From Patescibacteria group bacterium UBA5532 (GTDB lineage: Bacteria > Patescibacteriota > Gracilibacteria > BD1-5 > UBA2023), in NCBI GenBank assembly GCA_002426885.1, contig DINU01000017.1, positions 37,961 to 77,960 of the forward strand: 40,000 nt of DNA. Direction: 5' to 3'. Position numbers and translations under genes: made by a program. The notes beneath the pieces were generated by a model, which was not told the DNA's origin, did not search any database, and was given only the letters and a program-made list of their open reading frames with translations. This document shows positions 1-10,264 of the stretch, piece after piece. Position 1 is the first letter of the stretch. Every line of letters begins with the position of its first letter.

Positions 1-2402
1 AAAAAATCTATTGCTTCTTCGACAGTCATTGCCAAGACATCGGCGATATTTTTTCCCTTAAAGTAGATATCGAGTGTCTCATGATTATACCGAGTTCCAT
101 GACAATTTTCACATTCAACATACACATCAGGTAGAAAATGCATAACCACCTTCTTGTATCCTGATCCCTCACATATTTCACATCGTCATCATTTTGTATT
201 GAAGCTGAATCTTCCCGGTCCGTATCCTCGTTTTTGGGCATCAAGAGAAGTCGCAAAAACCTCACGAATAAAGGTAAATACCCCCGTATACGTGGCAATA
301 TTAGAGTGTGGAGTTTTTCAGATCGGAGACTGATCTATAATAATTGCTTTGTCGAAGTTCGACACACCTTCGACACGATCATGTTTTCCGACTGGATAGG
401 TCGTTCTTCAGAGTTCATTCATACAGACGTTCGCCAAGATATCCATAATCAGAGACGATTTCCCACTTCCAGAGACACCTGTCACAACAGTGAGAAGTCC
501 CACTGGAATGCGTACATTAATATTCTTCAGATTATTCTCTCGAGCTCAGAAAATGGAGACATACGCCTTTGGTTTTCGTTTTCTTGGAGGCAATTGTACC
601 TGCAGTGTTCGATTAAGGTATTTTCCTGTTTCGGACGAAGCATCACGTAATATTTCATCGTATGTTCCCGCAAATATAACTTCGCCACCATGAACTCCTG
701 CTCGTGGTCAGATATCGACGATATAATCAGATTCTCGCATAATATCTTCGTCATGTTCGACAACCAAGACTGTATTCCCAATGTCGACAAGACGTTTGAG
801 ATTCGCAATAAGAAGGGTATTATCTCGAGGATGGAGTCCTATGGATGGCTCATCAAGAACATAAATAATTCCTTCAAGTCGAGTTCCGATCTGCGTCGCC
901 AGGCGAATTCGCTGAGATTCTCATCCAGAAAGTGTACTTGCTCTTCGATCAAGTGTCATATATTCGAGTCAGACTCCTATGAGGAATTCGAGGCGTTCTG
1001 CGATATTTTTGAGTGCTCATTCGGCGATTTTTCTCTCAGTATCCGAGAGAACTACTGTATGAAAAAAATCTTGTGCTTCAGAGACAGAAAATGCAGAAAC
1101 TTCACCAATATGTTTTCCAGAGATTTTCAGAGAAAGAAATTCTTTTTTCAGACGATATCCAGAACATTCTGGACAGGGAATCTCTGTGGCGAAGTTCTCG
1201 ATGCGCTTCATATAAGCGTCATTTTTATTCTCTATATCGGTGTATCGTCGCTCGAGATTCGGGATGACTCCTTCATATTTTGCATGATGGTATTCTTGTG
1301 ATTTATCACGTGTGATATACTGAATATCGAGCTTTTCTCCTTTACTGTTCAGAATCTTCTCTTTCTCCTTCGACACAAGTTCGCCAAATGGAGTATCCAT
1401 GTCGATGGAATGCTTCTGGCAGAATGCTTCGAGCAAGGCAGTATAGTATGGATGCTGTCTCCATGGCAGAATCGCTCATTCGCGAATCGAGAGTTCAGGA
1501 TCTGTCACAGACTCTTCTAAGAAGCTTGTCTTGAGTCCAAGTCCATGACATTCTGGACAGGCTCATAAATGAGAGTTAAAAGAGAAATTTGAAATAACAA
1601 GGTCTGGGATGCTGTATCCACATTTATGACATGACGCTTGTGTGGAGAAATCTTCTGCGATTTTATGAGTCTCATTCCAGATACGAATCTTTCATTCATC
1701 AGCCTGAAAAGCGAGCTGAATAGAGTCTTTCAGACGTGATATAATCTGCGCATTTTCGGATCCTCGCCAAACCAGTCTATCGATCACAATCCATACCTCT
1801 TTCTCATGAATCACTGTATCCTCCCGATCTGCTACTGTATAAATCGTATCTCAGGCTTTATAACGGATAAATCCGCGATTTGCAACAAGATCACTCACCT
1901 GTGCAATCGTCTGAAATCCATTATCGAGCGGAACAGGAATCATGATATAGAAGCGATCTTCGAGGGAAAAACTCTCGATATATCGCAGAACATCATAGAG
2001 TGTATTTTTTCGAAGAATAACTTCTGGGTGATTGGGACAATACCCAGTCGCAATCGTGGTAAAGAGAATACGAAGATAATCATATATTTCTGTGACTGTT
2101 CCCACAGTCGAACGTGGGTTGTTCGACACTGTTTTTTGATAAATGGCGATCGTTGGCGAAAGTCCCCGAATTTCTTCGACACGCGCGTCATCACCTCATT
2201 CCCCCACGATCATTCGTGCATACGTCGAAAGACTCTCAAGATATTTCTTTTGTCCTATCGAATAAATCGTATCGAAAGCGAGGGATGATTTTCCACTTCA
2301 TGATACACCCGTAATAACGACGAGTTTATTTTTCGGTATTTCGAGAGAAATATTCTTCAGATTATGTGTATTCGCACCCCTGATAGAAAGGAAGTCTGAC
2401 AT
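1..2402 (-). CDS. uvrA: Excinuclease ABC subunit A (UvrA); the C-terminal end of the gene runs off the window start
   Basis: The minus frame from ATG (2402) reads [46 protein letters not shown] second Walker A ([14 protein letters not shown]) lies near 440-480, and the zinc module [15 protein letters not shown] near 60-190. I walked the frame codon by codon over 180-1020 and 1437-1853 and found only TGA interruptions, no TAA/TAG. The TGA at 2298-2300 falls on a Walker-A glycine. Confidence 0.95.
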
Positions 2403-2426
2403 AGAAAATGTGCAGTTATTAAACCA

Positions 2427-3347
2427 TTAATGTACAAATCGAAGAAAATCTTCGTGAATGCTATTCGCAGCGAGACATCATTCTGCCGCAGACATAATCG
2501 TTTGTCGGAATTTATTAGAACCATTTGTGACATCTCCTGCGGCAAATAATCCTTGTATACTTGTTTCTTGTCGACGATCGACACAGATTGTCCCATCATC
2601 ATCCTTATCGACAAACATATGATCGAGAAGTGACGTATTTGGAGATGTTCCAACAGCGATAAATATGCCATCTGTGGTAATTTCTGTCTTATTTGTCAGA
2701 AGGAGATTTTTTACTCCCATAGCATCTCCTCGAATCTCCTCTACCTCTGTCTCATAATGGAGTGTGATATTTGGCTGTGCATGTATCTTATCCATCCAGA
2801 CTGCTTCTGCACGCACCGTATGTGAACGCACGAGAATGTGGACATGACTTGCGATTTCTGCAAGATAAAGTGCTTCCGTGACAGCTGTATTTCATCATCC
2901 GACGACCGTCACGACCTGATTCCGGAAAAAATTCCCATCGCATGTCGCACAGTAGGAAACTCCTCGTCAGAGAAATTCATTTTCCCCAGAAACTCATAAA
3001 TGTCGATACGAATTTCCCGTTGCAAAGAGCACGAAAGGACTCGTAAATCGCTTCCCACCGGAGGTAGTCAGTGCAAATGCTCGCTCACCAGTCTTTTCAA
3101 TTTTCTCTACTTTTTCTTGCAATATCTCAGAGCCTGAAGCCTTTGCTTGTAGGAGGAATGAATTCATAATATTTCCACCACTTTCTGAGAGAACTCATGG
3201 CCAGTTCTCGACATTATGTGAAGTCGCGAGTGCACCTCATGGCATTTCTCCGATAACAAGATTTTTTAATTTATAACGTGATGCATACATCGCGGCAGGA
3301 AGTCCTGCACTCCCAGCTCATATCACTATGAGATCGTAGTCGAACAT
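2427..3347 (-). CDS. trxB: Thioredoxin-disulfide reductase
   Basis: 306 aa under table 25: [22 protein letters not shown] (FAD motif, Gly encoded by TGA 3318-3320), redox-active CATCDG, NADPH motif [15 protein letters not shown] (two TGA Gly), C-terminal GDVTNG..AAEGCLAA. Ends at TAA 2427-2429, 24 nt before the uvrA start. Confidence 0.9.
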
Positions 3348-3393
3348 ATTCGGAAATAAAAGAACTCTTCCACTATATAGAAATCCGATCAAA

Positions 3394-3409
3394 ATGCAAA
3401 AAGTTGCAT
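3394..3409. promoter_or_regulatory. Perfect 6-4-6 palindrome ATGCAA-AAAG-TTGCAT in the trxB/lexA divergent spacer; candidate operator
   Basis: Read directly from the sequence. It lies in the 150-bp spacer between the divergent trxB-uvrA and lexA-recA units. No binding protein can be assigned from sequence alone. Confidence 0.3.
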
Positions 3410-3478
3410 ACATATTTTCATCGTAATTTCCAAAAAAGAAAAAAAGATTTGCAAAGAAAAAAGAAATGTATATGGTGT

Positions 3479-3493
3479 GTATACTTTGTATAC
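3479..3493. promoter_or_regulatory. GTATAC-TTT-GTATAC repeat/palindrome just upstream of lexA; candidate LexA operator and/or -10 (TATACT) box
   Basis: Two self-complementary GTATAC hexamers separated by TTT, ending 5 nt before the lexA ATG (3498). TATACT resembles a -10 hexamer. Confidence 0.35.
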
Positions 3494-3497
3494 TTTT

Positions 3498-4142
3498 ATG
3501 ATCGCTCTCACAGAAAAAGAATCTCGTATCGTCCAGAAAGTGGAAGAATGACTTGCTCAAGGTGAGAAGATTACGATACGTTTTCTGCAGGATGCGCTCG
3601 GATATGCCTCGCCTCGATCTATCTCAGTTCTCCTTGAGAAAACCATACAAAAGGGGTGGATATATCGAGATAGTAGCGGACAGATTCGACTCAATGCACA
3701 GACACATACCCGAGAAGATGATATTCGCTATATACCTCTCATCGGAAATATCGCCTGCGGAACGCCAATTTTTGCAGAGGAAAATATCGTCACACATATT
3801 CCTGTATCGAACACATTTCTGAAGAAGAATTTCTCATATTTTCTGCTCCAGACACAGGGGGATTCGATGGAAAAGAAAAATATTCACGAAGGAGATCTCG
3901 TCCTGATCGAGAAATCTGATACAGCTCAAAATGGTGATATCGTCGTCGTGACCCTTCATGATATGGCAACTCTGAAAGAATTCCGTCAAGAATGAGATAC
4001 CGTCTATCTGATACCGCATTCATATAATCCGATTCATACTCCGATACTTCTCCATAAAGAGGATGAAAATATTTTCCTGCAAGGTATTCTCGTAAGGCGT
4101 TTCCCTGGAAATTATTTTATCTCAGAAAATACAGAGACGTAA
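3498..4142 (+). CDS. lexA: LexA-like SOS repressor (wHTH + S24 autopeptidase)
   Basis: 214 aa under table 25. N-terminal wHTH-like segment ITIRFLQDALGYASPRSISVLLEKTIQKGWI, linker IPLIGNIACGTPIFAEEN, catalytic GDSM, and a downstream Lys (ATLKEF). It sits directly upstream of recA. Ends at TAA 4140-4142. Confidence 0.85.
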
Positions 4143-4185
4143 AAAAACAGTATTATTTTTAATTTATTTTCTTTTTTTCTTCATT

Positions 4186-5184
4186 ATGTCACTTCCAGAT
4201 AATAAAAAAGAGGCTCTCAAATCAGCCCTCTCTCAAATCGAAAAACAATTCTGAGCCGGATCCGTCATGATGCTCGGCGAAAGGACACATATGCAGATCG
4301 CAACGACATCATCTGGCTCCATCGGGATCGATGATGCCCTCGGATGAGGATATGCGAAGTGACGTATCATAGAAATCTATGGACCAGAATCTTCAGGAAA
4401 GACGACCCTCACTCTACATGCGATCGCGGAAGTACAGAAAGCTGGGGGAGTCGCTGCATTTGTCGATGCAGAACACGCGCTCGATCCGAGCTATGCGGAG
4501 CGAATCGGAGTGAAGATCGGTGACCTTATCGTCTCTCAGCCAGACAATGGAGAGCAGGCACTCGAGATCGTAGATGCTCTCATACGATCGAATGCTGTCG
4601 ATCTGATCGTGATCGACTCGGTCGCTGCACTGACACCAAAAGCAGAAATAGAAGGAAATATGGGAGATTCCTTCATGGGACTTCAGGCGCGACTTATGTC
4701 ACAGGCACTTCGAAAAATTACTGGTATTATCGGGAAATCCTCCACGACTGTGATTTTTATTAACCAGATTCGTATGAAGATCGGGGTCATGTTCGGAAAT
4801 CCTGAGACGACAACAGGTGGAAATGCACTGAAGTTTTATGCATCGCAACGAATAGAAGTACGTCGAAAAGAGAAGATCGAGAGTAAAAGTGGTGATGATA
4901 AAGAAACGACGGGAAATCGTGTACGTGTAAAAATCGTAAAAAATAAAGTTGCCCCTCCATTCCGAGAAGTAGAAGTAGAACTCCTCTTTAATGAGGGAAT
5001 CGGACACACGGGAGAAGTGCTCGATATCGGAGCCGAGAGAGACATCATCAAGAAGTCAGGAGCTTTTTACTCATATAATGATGTGAAGCTCTGACAGGGG
5101 AGAGAAAATGCGAAAGAATTTCTGAAAGAAAATCCGAAAATTATGAATGAGATCGAGAAGGCAATCCGAGGGAAGGGGAAGTAG
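4186..5184 (+). CDS. recA: Recombinase RecA
   Basis: 332 aa: [56 protein letters not shown], continuing into track ORF 4510..5094. The four in-frame TGAs (4252, 4345, 4360, 5092) all fall where RecA has Gly. Ends at TAG 5182-5184. Confidence 0.97.
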
Positions 5185-5232
5185 TGTCTCATTCGGAAAG
5201 GATTCATCTTTATTCTTTCGCTCAGAATATAT

Positions 5233-5709
5233 ATGTATGGTAATCTTCCAAAAAATAAGCCTACCAGTGCCGTGTCGAAAGAATATACAAATCCCAGAAG
5301 TTGGAAGAAGAAAAATATTGCCACTGAACAATCACAAATACTTGTGTCACAGTTCAGAGAATATATAGAATGAAGGGTGAGTATAGAAGCTTTTTTGGAT
5401 ATCCTTTCTCCCAATGATCTTCATAAACTCGCGGATCTTTTCAAGAAACCCTCATTTTGCATATTTTATGATGTCCATAAGCATACCCTTCTATATAGAT
5501 CAAAATTTACTAAAAAGCTTATATCTTTTAAAGAATGAACGGAATATCCTTTAAGGAAAGGCTTATTTACCCTTATCCCTTCATATAAAAAAATTCTAAC
5601 TCTTTTTCTGGAAGCGGAGAAGAAATTCCTATATTTCAGAGAAAAGATCATGGACACTGAGTTTCGGGAGAGGCTTCTTGCCTGAGAGACGAGATTCTGA
5701 AAGTACTAA
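5233..5709 (+). CDS. Hypothetical protein (158 aa) downstream of recA. The position would suit a RecX-like regulator, but I recognise no motif.
   Basis: Continuous frame under table 25 with 4 TGA codons, checked codon by codon, no TAA/TAG. MYGNLPKNKPTSAVSKEYTNP...REKIMDTEFRERLLAGETRFGKY. Same strand as recA and close to it. Confidence 0.5.
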
Positions 5710-5814
5710 CGCTTCACAAAAGTGCAAACCATGCATATAAACAAAGAGGGACGTATGTGGCCACAACAGGAACTGACAGAAAGAAGAGAGCGGGAGTTTC
5801 TTAAACAAACTGCT

Positions 5815-6216
5815 CTAAGTCGCTCAAAAAAACTGTTCGAGTATCTGCTTCTGTCCGAATGCAAGAGACTCCAGATCTGGAATCTCTTTTTTCTGTATCC
5901 ATCAGAAGTCCTGAAGCGCATCATGAGCAAGTTCGAAAGTATGAATCTCTTCTGGTATCTGAATGAGGAAATAGAATGACTGGAGCACAGGGTCATTCTG
6001 CACTGTGTAAAATATCCTTTTCTCATACGAAGAGAGGTCGATCGCGAGCTCTTCTCGAAGTTCGTGATCCAGTGCATCCTCAAGTGTCTCATCAGGCTTG
6101 ACACTTCATCATGGAAGTGACCACTTTTATGCCTCGACTTTCTCCGACTTAGTTCGCTGTACTAGGAGAATAGAATCACTCAAGGAAATGATACATGCAT
6201 TGTCGGTACAGAGCAT
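5815..6216 (-). pseudogene. NUDIX hydrolase interrupted by one in-frame TAA (6127-6129)
   Basis: The minus frame reads MLCTDNACIISLSDSILLVQRTKSEKVEA-TAA-KWSLPGGSVKPDETLEDALDHELREELAI... A Nudix box is recognisable (G-x5-E-x7-[H]E-L-x-E-E-L-[A]-I). No ATG follows the TAA. Ends at TAG 5815-5817. Confidence 0.6.
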
Positions 6217-6268
6217 AAGCTATGAAATTACTCGTACCATCATACGAGAATCAGCATCTATTTCCAGG

Positions 6269-6790
6269 CTAAAAAAGTCGGCTGATAAAAAATGGAAGAA
6301 GATCAGTAAAACTCGTAATATCTCGTTTTTCCTCAGGATTGCTATCATGTACTGCAAAAAACCAGCATTTTTCATTCTCATATCCGAGGGACTTCCAGAC
6401 AGTATGAAAGTATCAGAGCGTATATCTGTGTTCCGGTCAAAACCAGGGATCATAGAAGGAAATATGTTCTGCGTCGATGCATCGCACGATCGAGTAGTGA
6501 TCGACGTGTTCTCTCGGAAGATAGTAGCACACGATCACGATATATCCCTGATTCTGATACTCCTGCAGATCTTCTAGTGTTGCATTTCTTTTTACACAGT
6601 AATCAAATTTCAGTTTTTCTGCGACTCTCGGAAATTCACGATGCCACGTTCCACGGATTTTGTTGGTCTTCAAGATTCGTACGATCTGTCTTTCTGACTT
6701 TTTTATCCCCAGTTTCTCGAGTGCCATGCGCATTACAGCTGCACCACATGTCCACGAAGTTTCCTGCGAGTGAAAAGGAAAATCAGTCAT
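6269..6790 (-). CDS. Cytoplasmic papain-like cysteine peptidase, C39-like family
   Basis: 173 aa. Track ORF 6437..6790 extended through TGA. Cys motif QETSWTCGAAVMRMAL and His motif EHVDHYSIV. No signal peptide. Confidence 0.7.
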
Positions 6791-6825
6791 ATTGGTATGA
6801 AATTATGTATTTGGGGAGATTTTTT

Positions 6826-7542
6826 CTATGATGCCTCATTCTCGCCCCGAGTATACACCTTTCAGACATATTTTTCAAGTATTCTATGGAAATTGGCAAG
6901 TTCTTCAGAAGAGAAACTTTCCCAAGAGAAATCCTCCTCGAGTGTCTTCCCACTTTGGAAGTTCTGCAGTGAGAAACGCTTTGCCCCACGAATCCTCTCA
7001 CCGATCGCATGGATATCTGCCTCGGAATGGATTCCACGCACAACTGTCGTCCGAAATTCATAGTCTGGCGCTCGAGAAAGAATCAAGTCAATACTCTCCT
7101 GATATCGTAACTCATCCTTGCTTCCACCGACAAGATTCTGGTATTTCCCCGGTGCATGCTTCACATCCATGGCGATATAATCGAGAACCCCCGCATCGAG
7201 AAGGCGCGCAAGTACATCGGGACGTGCACCATTTGTATCGAGTTTCACGAGAAATCCCATGGAGTGAATCCGCTCACAGAACTCAAGAAGCCCAGACTGG
7301 ATCGTCGGCTCGCCACCACAGATAACGACTCCATCGAGGAATCATTTCCGACTCTCGAGAAATCGAAAAAAAACTGCCTCAGGAATCACATAAGGTCGTA
7401 TCTTTTCGACTTCGTGGGGAAGTACAAATTCTGGATTATGGCAGTATCGACACCGGAGATTGCATCCGAGTGTAAACACGATCGTCGCAACTTTTCCAGG
7501 ATAATCGAGGAGTGTCGTCTTTTGGACAGCAGAAAGAAGCAT
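6826..7542 (-). CDS. nrdG: Anaerobic ribonucleoside-triphosphate reductase activating protein (radical SAM)
   Basis: 238 aa. Track ORFs 7342..7542 and 6862..7260 join in one frame. Radical SAM motif [12 protein letters not shown], then [10 protein letters not shown] and KLDTNG. Ends at TAG 6826-6828. Confidence 0.9.
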
Positions 7543-7642
7543 GGAAGATTCGAAGAAAATAAATATGACTGAGATTCTCTGGAGAAAAACCTCAGTCTGA
7601 TCAGAAAATCTTCTGAAGAGACGATCTCAGCGAGAAACAAGA

Positions 7643-7810
7643 CTACGAGAATTGCTCGATAAATCGTGAATTTTCAAGAGCTTGTTCTGAGAAATATGCA
7701 CGCGTGTAAAACTCAGACTTTTTCCCATTATTAAAGTGAGAAACAGGACGATAGTATCCCATAACACGTGTATAGATTTCGCACTTGGTGCGTGCCGATA
7801 TGTCAGCCAT
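7643..7810 (-). CDS. 55-aa ORF carrying the class III RNR glycyl-radical motif (detached C-terminal module of NrdD)
   Basis: MADISARTKCEIYTRVMGYYRPVSHFNNGKKSEFYTRAYFSEQALENSRFIEQFS. RVxGYYRPV..N.GK..E is the glycyl-radical signature normally found at the extreme C-terminus of NrdD. It has its own ATG (7810) and sits in a different frame, 41 nt after the last sense codon of the large nrdD ORF. Confidence 0.7.
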   Translation of the reverse strand: MADISARTKCEIYTRVMGYYRPVSHFNNGKKSEFYTRAYFSEQALENSRFIEQFS

Positions 7811-7848
7811 AAAAGAAAAAGTAAGAAAAATAAAATGTGACCAAAGAT

Positions 7849-10053
7849 TTAAATGAGGGATTCTTGAATGTTTTTCATTTTCTCAGTATCAGCAGTGTAT
7901 TGCGCGCGAAGTTCGGTATCGTATTTTTCTCCTGTATATCCGATCTCTTTATCACATTTCGGACAATAATCGTGTTCTCAGGCGATATATCCATGCTTCG
8001 GACAGATAGAAAATGTCGGCGTAATGGTAATATACGGAACTTGATATTCTGAGATAACTTTCTTCACGAGTGTCTTACATGCCTCTGCATCTGTGATTCG
8101 CTCGCCCATGTAGAGATGAAGAACGGTTCAGCCGGTATATTTACACTGAAGTGTATTCTGATAGGTCAATGCTTCAAATGCATCCTGTGTGAAATTAACC
8201 GGAAGCTGAGAAGAGTTCGTATAGTATGGATGATCCGACGTCCCTCACTGGATAATCCCGGGAAGTTGCTTCTTATCTTCACGAGCAAAACGATAGGTCG
8301 TTCCTTCCGCTGGCGTCGCCTCGAGATTATACATATTTCCCGTCGATTCCTGGTATTCTCGAAGTGTGTCGCGCATAAAGTCAAGGATCTCGAGCGCAAA
8401 TGCCTCTCATTCTGGTGTCGTAATATCTTCTTTCCCACCCGTAAAATTCAGGATCGCTTCGTGCATACCATTGAGCCCGATCGTAGAAAAATGATTGCGG
8501 AATGAACGAAGATAGCGAAGTGTATAGGGATAGAGTCCACGCTCGAGCCATTTCTCGAGTGACTCACGCTTGAGCTCGAGTGATGTCTTCGCGAGATTCA
8601 TAAGATGCAGGAGATGCGTCTTAAATCCTTCTTTGTCGCCTCGGTAGTTATACCCGATTCGTGCCATATTAATCGTCACGACGCCGATCGATCCTGTCAT
8701 TTCCGCAGAGCCAAAGAGCCCATTTCCCCGTTTCAGAAGCTCGTTCAGATCGAGCTGAAGCCGACAGCACATCGAGCGAACTGTCCCTGGCTTGTATGCC
8801 TTTTCATTCTCTACTTTTTTCCATTCTCCATTCTCATCCTGAACGCGCTCATACTGGGAGCCGATAAAATTCTGAAAATAGGGAAGTCCATATTTTGCTG
8901 TCATCTCAAAAAGCATATTCGTCTCGGGATTATCCCATGGGAAATCCTCTGTGATGTTATACGTCGGGATCGGGAAGGTAAATGCGCGCCCACGATAATC
9001 TCCAGCTGCATACACCTCGAGGAGTGCGCGATTGATGATCATGCGCTCATGATCGAGCTCGCCATATTTTTTCTCATATTCTCCGCGATCATATCCCCCG
9101 AGATGAAGTGCTTTTTCGCGAAGATCTTCTGGACATGTCCAGTCGAGTGTGATATTGGTAAAAGGCGTTTGCGTCCCCCAACGAGAAGGCACATTCAGTC
9201 CGAATATGAAGTTCTGCATCTGCTGAACGACGTACGCATATGTTTTTTCGTCGATATATTTTTCTTTCTCCTCTTCAGTGGAAAAAGTCATGCCATAGGT
9301 CTCGATATCATGACGAAGCTCTTCGGAATGCTTATGGACAAAAGGCGAGAGATAGGTATCGAAAGAGGAAAATGCCTGCGCCCCAGCCCATTCATTTTGG
9401 AGCGTCCCGAGGAAATTAATCATCTGATTGATCGCTGCTTGGAGATTCCGCGGTGGTGCCGACTCGATACGATTTGGCATCCCATTAAATCCTTCTTCGA
9501 GGAGTTCTCGGAGGCTCCATCCAGCACAATATCCACAGAACATATCGAGATCGTGAATATGATAATCTCCATTTCTATGTGCATTTCCGACTTCTTTCGG
9601 ATAAATATGTGAAAGCCAGTAATTCGCGGTGATTTTCCCTGCGGTGTTCAGGATGAGTCAGCCGAGTGAATACCCACTATTTGCGTTCGCATTTACGCGC
9701 CAATCCGATCGATGAAGGTATTCTTCCATCGTGTTACCGACTTCGACGACGACCGAGCGATGATCTCGAATCTGCGCATGTTGCTCACGATAGAGAATAT
9801 AGGCTTTCGCGAGAGCATCGTATCCATGATGCATGAGAATCTGCTCGATCGAGTCCTGAATCATCTCAATATCTGGGAGTTCGTCCCCTGCCTTTTCCTC
9901 TGTGAGGACGATAATCTCATCGACAAGCGACGGAATCTCGGTCTTTTCGATCCCACCGACAGACTCGACCGCTTTTTCGATCGCATTTCCGATCTTGTTG
10001 CGATCAAATGTCACGATAGCACCATTTCGTTTCCGAACTTTATAGAGAGGCAT
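7849..10053 (-). CDS. nrdD: Anaerobic ribonucleoside-triphosphate reductase (class III) large ORF: ATP-cone + catalytic barrel + Zn-ribbon, but lacking the glycyl-radical tail
   Basis: 734 aa. MPLYKVRKRNGAIVTFDRNKI (ATP-cone) leads into track ORFs 9658..10119 and 8407..9543 in the same frame. The downstream part reads ...LHLYMGERI...FSICPKHGYIAGEHDYCPKCDKEIGYTGEKYDTELRAQYTADTEKMKNIQESLI and ends at TAA 7849-7851. Confidence 0.93.
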
Positions 10054-10082
10054 ACAGAAGAAAAAGATAAAAAAATAAAAAC

Positions 10083-10131
10083 ACACCAGATAATGTGTAC
10101 TTTGATTTGTGTAAACCACTATATATTGTTC
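10083..10131 (-). promoter_or_regulatory. Two NrdR-box-like 16-mers upstream of nrdD
   Basis: Read on the minus strand: ACACATTATCTGGTGT (10083-10098) and GAACAATATATAGTGG (10116-10131). Each matches the published NrdR consensus acaCwAtATaTwGtgt at 13 of 16 positions. Centres are 33 bp apart, 30-80 nt upstream of the nrdD ATG. Confidence 0.55.
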
Positions 10132-10164
10132 TCTGAATTTGCAAAATATTTTTCTGAAACTCGC

Positions 10165-10234
10165 TTGACGTTCGAAATATCTGTGAAGAAATGGTGAAGA
10201 AGAATGCTTCAGAAAAACAAAACACTCCCAGAAA
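10165..10234. repeat. Copy 1 of a ~70-bp conserved intergenic element (partner at 13020-13088)
   Basis: TTGACGTTCgaaATATCTGTGAAGaaatgGTGAAGaagaatGCTTCAGAAaaacaaaacACTCCcAGAAA, against copy 2 TTGACGTTCctgATATCTGTGAAAaatgcGTGAAGgaaatcGCTTTCAGAAgaaaaaaACTCCAGAAAG. It contains the direct repeat GTGAAR-N5-GTGAAG (11-bp period). Confidence 0.5.
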
Positions 10235-10249
10235 CATGAGAGTGTTTTG
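10213..10249 (-). terminator. Intrinsic terminator after the 223-aa secreted-protein gene
   Basis: On the minus strand: CAAAACACTC-(12 nt loop)-GAGTGTTTTG followed by TTTTT. It starts 16 nt past the stop at 10265. Confidence 0.6.
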
Positions 10250-10264
10250 TGAAATCACGAGAAT

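Noticed and set aside
5722-5979. 85-aa plus-strand ORF (extendable to about 148 aa under table 25) and the 132-aa minus ORF 5706..6104
   Set aside because: The third reading of this DNA (minus strand, frame of 6216) gives a clear Nudix box and fold motifs. The others are shadow frames rich in R/S/C.
8605-9612. 335-aa plus-strand track ORF
   Set aside because: It is antisense to the well-supported nrdD frame. It has an I/F/C/R-rich composition with no motifs, which is typical of a shadow ORF.
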